DNA from: an uncultured virus (IMG/VR IMGVR_UViG_3300031133_000403)
Taxonomy: Duplodnaviria; Heunggongvirae; Uroviricota; Caudoviricetes
Virus record (IMG/VR): IMGVR_UViG_3300031133_000403
Reading direction: 5' to 3' (one strand)
DNA: 59,226 nt
The notes beneath the pieces were generated by a model. The model saw nothing but the letters and a program-made list of their open reading frames with translations, was not told where the DNA came from and made no database searches. Of the stretch, positions 53,279 through 59,226 are shown one piece after another; the first letter of the stretch is position 1; the number at the start of each line of letters is the position of its first letter. A program made the translations under genes and the position numbers.

Positions 53279-53352
53279 TGGGTGCCCCGCCTGGGATCGA
53301 ACCAGGGTTTCGGGAGGCAAAGGCCTGCGTCTTACCATTAGACGACGGGGCA
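53279..53352 (-). tRNA. Atypical tRNA-Gln(UUG) with distorted anticodon arm
   Basis: Acceptor TGCCCCG/CGGGGCA, D-arm GTCT/AGAC, T-arm CCTGG-TTCGATC-CCAGG, encoded CCA; anticodon stem CAGGC/TCCCG has 2 mismatches; loop CT-TTG-CC. Confidence 0.75.
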
Positions 53353-53374
53353 ACGGCCAGATGTCCTGAAGTGT

Positions 53375-53449
53375 TGGATGCCCCGCTTGGACTCGAACCA
53401 AGGTTCTACGGCCCAGAACCGCATGTCTTACCAGCTAGACGAAGGGGCA
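53375..53449 (-). tRNA. tRNA-Gln(CUG)
   Basis: Cloverleaf; anticodon arm TGCGG-TT-CTG-GG-CCGTA; T-loop TTCGAGT; CCA; U7-C66 mismatch. Confidence 0.9.
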
Positions 53450-53499
53450 CAACTTCACGAACACGTGAAACAATAAGCTAAACTATGGCTAGTTTGTTT

Positions 53500-53573
53500 T
53501 GGATGCCCCGTGAGGATTCGAACCTCAATAAACGGAGTCAGAATCCGTTGTCTTACCATTAGACGACGGGGCA
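53500..53573 (-). tRNA. tRNA-Gln(CUG)
   Basis: Clean cloverleaf; ACGGA-TT-CTG-AC-TCCGT; TGAGG-TTCGAAT-CCTCA; CCA. Confidence 0.95.
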
Positions 53574-53724
53574 TCATCGGCGCCCCGTGGTAGGGACGCT
53601 GTCAGCGTTGCTGTCGTTGCTGTCGCGTGGTCTTCGTCATGGTGCCGCATCCTATAATAACGACCGGACGGGGGTGCAAGCGTTTATTTCGCTCATGTCG
53701 CCCGCGGCGCCCGTCCGGTGGTCT

Positions 53725-54132
53725 TCAGCGCGTGCCCGCCGACCGCGTGTTCACGTCCATGCCGGCCCTGGCGCTTCCGGCGATGTCTCGTGCGTTCAGG
53801 TCCATTCCCGCCTTGGCGTCGCCACCGACGTTGCCGCAGGTGACGTTCATGGAGGCCTCGACGGCGCCGGTCACGTCGCCGCAGTGCGCTTCCATGCCCG
53901 CGGTCACGTCGCCCACGACCGAGCCCTCGACGCGCACGTCGCCGCCCGCGTCGATCGTCAATCGCCCGTCGCCGCCGGTGATGCGGATCTCGATCTCTTC
54001 GTCGATGCCGTCGACCACGACCCGGCCGTCGATCACGACCTTCCGCTTCCTCGTGGTGACGCGCTCGCCCGTCACGTCCCCTGCGATCAGGCGTCCCGCC
54101 TTGCCGAATATGCTGAAGATCCTCATGATCAT
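53725..54132 (-). CDS. Small beta-helix (bactofilin/polymer-forming-like) protein
   Basis: Repeating V.GDV.AG..A.CGDV.G units. Confidence 0.6.
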   Translation of the reverse strand: MIMRIFSIFGKAGRLIAGDVTGERVTTRKRKVVIDGRVVVDGIDEEIEIRITGGDGRLTIDAGGDVRVEGSVVGDVTAGMEAHCGDVTGAVEASMNVTCGNVGGDAKAGMDLNARDIAGSARAGMDVNTRSAGTR

Positions 54133-54166
54133 GTCTCCCTTTCGATTGTTTGCGTGCAGCGCGGCG

Positions 54167-55183
54167 TCAGAGCCGCATCAGTCCCATCGCGTCCTCGATC
54201 TCGCGGACGGTCTCCTCGGTCCGGGCCGCCGCGACGCGCGTTCCCGTGCGCAGCACGTCCATCAGGTCGTCGGGTCGCGCCGCCGCCTCGATCCGTCTTT
54301 CCCGGATCGGCGCCAGCACGGTCTCCATGACGCCTGCGAGACGACGCTTGAGCGCCATGTCGCCCAGGCCGCCGCGCTGGTAGTGCTCCTTCAGCGCGGC
54401 CACCGCCTCGACGTCCGGATCGAATGCGTCGAGATGCGCGAACACCACGTTTCCTTCGATCCGGCCGGGGTCGGCCACCCTGAGGTGATCGGGATCGGTG
54501 TACATCGACATGACGGCCGTCTTCAGCTCGTCCGCCGTGAAGGCGAGGTCGATGGCGTTGCCCATGCTCTTGGACGCCTTGGCCTTTCCGTCGATGCCCG
54601 GAAGCCGTCCGGTGGACGACAGCATCGCCTTCGCCATGGGTAGCAGATCGTAGCCCGCGATGCGGTTCACGCGCGCCGCGATCTCGTTGCTCTGTTCGAT
54701 CATGGGAAGCTGATCCTCGCCGACCGGGACGACGGTCGCCTTGAACGCGGTGATGTCGGCGGCCTGGGCGGCGGGGTAGCACAGGAAGCCCGCGGGAAGA
54801 TCCCGCTGCATGCTCTTCTGCGCGATCTCGGCGCGCACGGTCGGATTGCGCTCGAGACGCGCGACCGTGACCAGGTTCAGGTACGTCATCGACAGGCGGG
54901 CGAGGGCCGGTGCGGCCGACTGCAGGAACATGGTGGTCCGCGAAGGATCGATGCCCACCGCGAGATAGTCCGCGAGCACCTCCAGCACGTTGGCCTTCAG
55001 TCTTCCCGGATCCTTGCCGTTGTCCGTCATCGCCTGCGTGTCGGCGAGCATGATGGTGAGATCGTGCGTGTCCTGCATCCCGACCCTGCTGCGCAGCGAG
55101 CCGGCATAGTGTCCCAGATGCAGTCGTCCCGTGGTGCGGTCGCCGGTGAGTGCGATCGGGCGGGTGGTGTCGGTGGTGTTCAT
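54167..55183 (-). CDS. trpS: Tryptophan--tRNA ligase (TrpRS II type)
   Basis: LTGDRTTGRLHLGHYAGSL, YPAAQAADI, VPVGEDQ, KASKS, MYTDP. Confidence 0.95.
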   Translation of the reverse strand: MNTTDTTRPIALTGDRTTGRLHLGHYAGSLRSRVGMQDTHDLTIMLADTQAMTDNGKDPGRLKANVLEVLADYLAVGIDPSRTTMFLQSAAPALARLSMTYLNLVTVARLERNPTVRAEIAQKSMQRDLPAGFLCYPAAQAADITAFKATVVPVGEDQLPMIEQSNEIAARVNRIAGYDLLPMAKAMLSSTGRLPGIDGKAKASKSMGNAIDLAFTADELKTAVMSMYTDPDHLRVADPGRIEGNVVFAHLDAFDPDVEAVAALKEHYQRGGLGDMALKRRLAGVMETVLAPIRERRIEAAARPDDLMDVLRTGTRVAAARTEETVREIEDAMGLMRL

Positions 55184-55206
55184 GGTGGTGCTCCTCGTGT
55201 CATGGA

Positions 55207-55337
55207 GCGCCGCCGGTCCCGGGTGCGCGCGTGCTTTCGGCCCGAGGCCGGCGGCGCGTGCTTGAATCTCGTCCGCCTCAGCGGAGGATGGTGCGCGCCG
55301 CTACGTGCGAGCGACGCCAGCTGGATGTACTGGTCAT
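55207..55337 (-). promoter_or_regulatory. Candidate trpS leader: 19-aa uORF (55278-55337) and GC-rich hairpin (55207-55257)
   Basis: uORF MTSTSSWRRSHVAARTILR; perfect 10-bp inverted repeat GCGCCGCCGG/CCGGCGGCGC just before the GAGGAG RBS. Confidence 0.45.
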
Positions 55338-55479
55338 GTCGGTCCAATCCCTCTTTTCCGGACGTCTGTCCAGTATGCAAAACTCGTCTCGATCGGAATT
55401 TCAGGATGGTTGCCCGAATCGCAGTCATCGGCTATGAGGTCGTCACGTGCCGCATGCGCGGTCCGTCGGAGTCCCGTCC

Positions 55480-55926
55480 TTGACCACCATCATCCTGACG
55501 TCGATCTCGATCATGCTCGCCGCGCTGGCGGCGCTCATGGTCGTGTTCTACGGCGGCGACATGCTGCACGGCGGCGGCGAGACCGCGATGGCCGACACCT
55601 ACATGAACGCCGGACACAACGTGATCGCGGCGTCCGACCAGTTCAGGCTCGACAACCGCTACGACCCGCCCGACTTCTCCGCACTCGTCGAAGGCGGCTT
55701 CGTCAAGGGCTTCCCGTTCATGGGCAGGTCCGTCCTCACGCAGGAGGGCGGGGCGTCGCGTCTCACCATAGACGGCGTGCCGCCCGTGGTCTGCGCCAAG
55801 ATCAACGAGATCCTCAAGCGCCCCGCCGCCGAATGGAGCGACTCTTCGTCCAACGCGAACGACGGCAGCGGATCGATGGGATGCAGTATGTCGGGCGCGA
55901 CCGGCGTCTATTACGCCCTCACCTGA
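55480..55926 (+). CDS. Pilin-like protein
   Basis: N-terminal hydrophobic helix ending FYGG, amphipathic helix, LVEGGFVKGFP, C-terminal Cys pair; GGAG RBS before TTG. Confidence 0.6.
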   Translation: MTTIILTSISIMLAALAALMVVFYGGDMLHGGGETAMADTYMNAGHNVIAASDQFRLDNRYDPPDFSALVEGGFVKGFPFMGRSVLTQEGGASRLTIDGVPPVVCAKINEILKRPAAEWSDSSSNANDGSGSMGCSMSGATGVYYALT

Positions 55927-55962
55927 GTCTCCGCACCTCGGCATGCCGGGCGGCGGATGTCG

Positions 55963-56742
55963 CTAGAAGCTCGGCGCGTGGTCCACCCGCTGGCGGGGCG
56001 GCTGATGGACGGCCAGCGCCCGTCGATCGGGTCGCGTGGATTCCAGCGTCAAGGATCCCATGTCGATTGGCGCGTGCGCCGCGTCCGTCTCGATCAGCGT
56101 GTTCCGCGTGCCGATCGGCGTGCTCACCCGCACGATGCGCAGTTCCAGCGGATCGAGCACCGGATGCGAGACCACGTCGCTGAGCTTGCGCCCCTCCATC
56201 GCCAGGCAGACCGCATTCGGAAGCGGGCGCCTGATGATCAGCGAACCGGCCGCGCGGATCTCGGGATCCCCGCTCACCCAGAAGGTGTCCGCCGCCATCG
56301 GCGCCATGACGCCCACCTTGCCGCCGTCGACCGCCACGATGGCCTCCTCGCGGCGTGCGGGCCCGGCACTCAGCCGGAACGACGGCAGCGGCTTGACGCG
56401 TGCGGTGCCGTCCGGAGCCGTGGCGGCCGCATGCGCCACGTAGATCAGCACGGCCGCGTCCATGCCGGTCGCGCGCAGCATGTCGAGCGCGACGGCGTCG
56501 ATCGTCGCCTTGGATGCCGACAGCGCCGCGATCAGTTCGGAGCTCACGTCCTCGTGATGCCCGTCGATCAGGTCGGACACCCGGTCCTGGATCATGTCGC
56601 GCGTGGCGCGCTCGTCGTCCGCGGCCTCTCCCAGCCCCAGGGGAGCCAGAGAGGCGGCGCCCGCCTTGAGATCCCCTGCGAACAGCGTGAGCAGGTCCGC
56701 GTGGAGATGATCGTCCATCCAGGACAGTTGATGCCGTGCCAT
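55963..56742 (-). CDS. Expanded paralogue family member 25
   Basis: LPNAVCLAMEGRKLSDVVSHPVL. Confidence 0.8.
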   Translation of the reverse strand: MARHQLSWMDDHLHADLLTLFAGDLKAGAASLAPLGLGEAADDERATRDMIQDRVSDLIDGHHEDVSSELIAALSASKATIDAVALDMLRATGMDAAVLIYVAHAAATAPDGTARVKPLPSFRLSAGPARREEAIVAVDGGKVGVMAPMAADTFWVSGDPEIRAAGSLIIRRPLPNAVCLAMEGRKLSDVVSHPVLDPLELRIVRVSTPIGTRNTLIETDAAHAPIDMGSLTLESTRPDRRALAVHQPPRQRVDHAPSF

Positions 56743-57695
56743 CAGATATCTCCGTTGCTTCCGCCGTTGCGGCGAGGTTTGACAGGTTTGCGCGCCGGCT
56801 GCTGGCGTGCGGGTTTGCGCGGTGTGGTGGCGGTCGTCGGAACCTTGGCAAGCGTGCGGCGCACGCCCTCCACCGGATCCGAGATCACGGGAGGCTTGCT
56901 CGACCTTGCCGCCGGCCGAGCCGCGGGCTTGGTCGGCTTGGGCGATCTGGCCTGCTTCGACTTGATGCACCATTTGCGGTCCGGGAGGTGACGCACCTCG
57001 AACGCGCCCGTGCGTGCCGCGAGGTCGCCCATCCTCTGTTCGCCGTACGATCGCGGATCAAAGTCGGCGGCGATGTTGGCGACGAGTCTCTGGATGGTCC
57101 GGATGGGCACCCAACCGTCCGCGTGGTCGCCGACGTGCTTCTCGTAGGCCCTCGATATGATGGGCGTCGCATCCGAGGCGGGGCGTATGCCGACGTCGCC
57201 CGGCAGCGCCAGCTCCGGTTCGTCGGCGGGCTCGGCATCGCGGGCCTGCTCGCGCGCCAGGTTCTCGACGAAGAAGAAGCGTCGGCACGACTGGCGGAAG
57301 CTCTCCGGCGCCTTCATTTCGCCCAGCCCGTAGACTTCCGCGCCGCTTTCGCGTAGACGCTGTGCCAGACGGGTGAAGTCGCTGTCCGAGGAAACGATGC
57401 AGAAGGCGTCGTAGACCCCCTGGTGCATCAAATCCATTGCGTCAATTACCAATGCTATGTCGCTGGCATTCTTGCCTTTTGTCCAGGCCATCGCCTGGAT
57501 GGGCACGAGAGCGTGGCGCGCCAGCTTCTCGTTCCAGCCCTTCAGACCCGGACTGGCGAAGTCCCCGTAGACGCGACGCACGATCGCTTCGCCCAGTTTC
57601 GCTATTTCGACGAAGATCGCCTCGGCGTGACGCGGGGATGCGTTGTCCGCGTCAATCAGCACCGCGATGCGTGTGCGCTGGCCTTCTGCTGGCAT
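56742..57695 (-). CDS. NYN domain protein with OST-HTH/LOTUS domain (LabA/DUF88-like)
   Basis: AVLIDADN, RRVYGD, GKNASDIALVIDAMD, IVSSDSDF, DFDPRSYG. Confidence 0.92.
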   Translation of the reverse strand: MPAEGQRTRIAVLIDADNASPRHAEAIFVEIAKLGEAIVRRVYGDFASPGLKGWNEKLARHALVPIQAMAWTKGKNASDIALVIDAMDLMHQGVYDAFCIVSSDSDFTRLAQRLRESGAEVYGLGEMKAPESFRQSCRRFFFVENLAREQARDAEPADEPELALPGDVGIRPASDATPIISRAYEKHVGDHADGWVPIRTIQRLVANIAADFDPRSYGEQRMGDLAARTGAFEVRHLPDRKWCIKSKQARSPKPTKPAARPAARSSKPPVISDPVEGVRRTLAKVPTTATTPRKPARQQPARKPVKPRRNGGSNGDI

Positions 57696-57836
57696 GGTGT
57701 TTCCTCTTGGTTGTCGGTGGCGTCCATGGACGCCGATACAATTCGCGACCATTTTCCGGATGACGGAAAAACTCAATCATGGCTATCCTGCCCCCGTGCT
57801 TCGGCAATCGTCGACACTTCAGGAGGATCACGCAGC

Positions 57837-58133
57837 ATGTCGCTTATCATCATGACGATGGCCATGGCCATGGGCCAGGCCGCCCAGCCATCCCCGCCCG
57901 CGCAACGCCCGCGCATGGACCGCAGACAGCGCATGGAGCGCATGTTCACCGAAGCCGACACGGATCGCAACGGTCAGGTCAGCAGGGCTGAGATGATGGC
58001 GGCCGGCGACAGGATGCACGCCGGCAGGGAGAAGCGAATGGGCATGCGTCGCGGCGGCATGCGTCCCGACGGGATGCGAGGCCCCGGCATGCGCGGCGCT
58101 GACATGGAAGGTCGCCCCCACCGCCCGCAGTGA
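57837..58133 (+). CDS. Small secreted EF-hand protein
   Basis: AGGAGG RBS; signal-like N-terminus; FTEADTDRNGQVSRAE. Confidence 0.8.
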   Translation: MSLIIMTMAMAMGQAAQPSPPAQRPRMDRRQRMERMFTEADTDRNGQVSRAEMMAAGDRMHAGREKRMGMRRGGMRPDGMRGPGMRGADMEGRPHRPQ

Positions 58134-58159
58134 GGAGGAATCATCCCGCGCGTCGTGGT

Positions 58160-58651
58160 TCAGACGTGCGGGATGTCCACCCATTGCGTATCCACGGCGA
58201 GCTGAATCGCCGAGGCGTTGCCGTGGACGCCACGTATGACGCATCCGGCGTCGCGCAGGGCCGGATGGTCCACCAGCACGGTCGCGTCCTGCCCTAGCAG
58301 GGCGTTCCGCACCGCATCGGGCAGCTTGCCTCCGACCTTCTTCACGACCAGCGTCGCCGTGTCCGGACGATGGCCGTACCACAGCAGCCGCTGATCCAGG
58401 CACATCGCCGTCAGCACGAGACGGTCGTCCACGACGTTCCCCGCGATGTAGCCGAGCGCCGGCGGGAACGCGATCTGCCTCGCCCTCTCCTGGTTGAGAT
58501 GCGCACCCGACGGAGCTGTCCGCTCCGACCTGAACGAATTCACGGCATGTCCCGTCTCGGCCTCCGACGCCTTCAGCGCCGTCATGATCTGCTCCATCGT
58601 CACGCCGGATGCGTCAAGCATCCCGGCGAACAGCCGTGCGGCCATCGTCAC
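58160..58651 (-). CDS. Expanded paralogue family member 26
   Basis: LPDAVRNALLGQDATVLVDHPAL; IAFPPALGYIAG. Confidence 0.75.
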   Translation of the reverse strand: MTMAARLFAGMLDASGVTMEQIMTALKASEAETGHAVNSFRSERTAPSGAHLNQERARQIAFPPALGYIAGNVVDDRLVLTAMCLDQRLLWYGHRPDTATLVVKKVGGKLPDAVRNALLGQDATVLVDHPALRDAGCVIRGVHGNASAIQLAVDTQWVDIPHV

Positions 58652-59226
58652 GCCGCGATCTCCGCGTTGCGGTCCTGGATGCGCGCGTCCCCGGCGAGAT
58701 CGGCTTTCCACCCCGCGCGCTCGTCCGCCCATTCCAGCGGATCGTCCACTCCGACGTAGCCGTATCCGGCATGGATCGTCACGTTGCCGTTCGTCAGGTC
58801 CACGGGAGCGGTTATGATGGCGTCGAGACTTCGTAGCACGGGATGATCGACGACATCGCCCAGCCGCATGCCCATCAGGCCGCCGGCGATGGACAGCGGC
58901 AGCGTGGTTCCGCGCATGACCAGCTTGGCCGTCGTGAACTCGCCGTACCACGTGACCCCGGGCGCCAGGCCCACGCCCGTCAACCGCACGTTGCCCATGC
59001 ACCAGACGCCCGCGATGTAGGGCAGGGCTTCCGGAAACGCGATGCGCTTCTTGTCCGTCATCATGCTGCCGGCCGCCGTGGGCGCGTCCACGTCCGAACG
59101 GAAGTTCCGCGGCATGCCGCCCGTGCTCCGGAAGGCGATGAACAGGGGATGGAGTATGTCGCGCAGCGACACGCCCGCGTGGTCGGCCAGCGACAAGAGG
59201 ATCTCGGGGAGTTGCACCGTCTTCAC
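58648..59226 (-). CDS. Expanded paralogue family member 27 (start may lie at or beyond the right edge)
   Basis: LPLSIAGGLMGMRLGDVVDHPVL; IAFPEALPYIAG. Confidence 0.75.
   Translation of the reverse strand: MKTVQLPEILLSLADHAGVSLRDILHPLFIAFRSTGGMPRNFRSDVDAPTAAGSMMTDKKRIAFPEALPYIAGVWCMGNVRLTGVGLAPGVTWYGEFTTAKLVMRGTTLPLSIAGGLMGMRLGDVVDHPVLRSLDAIITAPVDLTNGNVTIHAGYGYVGVDDPLEWADERAGWKADLAGDARIQDRNAEIAA

Noticed and set aside
53279..53573. Stop-codon reassignment (TAG to Gln) suggested by three Gln tRNAs
   Set aside because: The anticodons read CTG, CTG and TTG, not CTA, and TAG ends genes cleanly, for example at 10694 directly followed by a terminator
57421..57490. Locally AT-richer patch inside the NYN gene as a sign of recent transfer
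   Set aside because: Too short to separate from noise without computing codon usage
1..59226. Many long plus-strand and alternative-frame ORFs (for example 8590..10065, 14138..15679, 43932..45764, 15634..18006, 18896..21418, 50468..52582)
   Set aside because: Arg/Gly/Ala-rich shadow frames expected at high GC; they overlap genes with clear motifs. Only the C-terminal parts of 15634.. and 18896.. were kept, with re-called starts
1..59226. CRISPR array
   Set aside because: No regularly spaced direct repeats with unique spacers and no cas genes seen; the recurring boxes are dispersed singletons
2335..59226. Paralogue family as insertion sequences or DNA repeats
   Set aside because: No transposase motifs, terminal inverted repeats or long nucleotide identity; similarity is visible only at protein level

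Overview
GC-rich window with about 75 tightly packed genes, almost all on the minus strand and often with overlapping stop/start codons. It carries auxiliary metabolic and translation genes (pncB, tyrS, trpS, three tRNA-Gln), nucleotide-handling enzymes (NUDIX, HD, DEDD-like exonuclease, HNH, NYN) and many orphan ORFs. No capsid, terminase, rep or integrase gene is visible, so the best reading is an accessory region of a large alphaproteobacterial (probably sphingomonad-associated) jumbo phage or megaplasmid; this is inference. Two unexplained systems dominate. (1) About 27 diverged paralogues, covering about 21.6 kb by my start calls, share a C-terminal motif [LIF]P-x-[TAV]-[VI]-x3-[LM]-x-G-[RK]-x-[LI]-x2-[VIL]-[VIL]-x-H-P behind variable N-termini. 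(2) Four large secreted Cys-rich repeat proteins (three with thrombospondin type-1-like repeats, one with a novel ~125-aa repeat) share a terminal peptide [DE]V[VI][VI][MF]RRx[IL], and each gene is preceded by the same two DNA boxes, TTCCRCRTGCGCAA and YCATCCTGMAA. Also seen: a candidate ~60-nt anti-Shine-Dalgarno sRNA, a candidate trpS leader peptide/hairpin, an atypical tRNA-Gln(UUG), and a recurring CCTATAAG promoter-like element. Start codons were re-called by eye from RBS and overlap patterns; family names come from motif recognition, not database searches.
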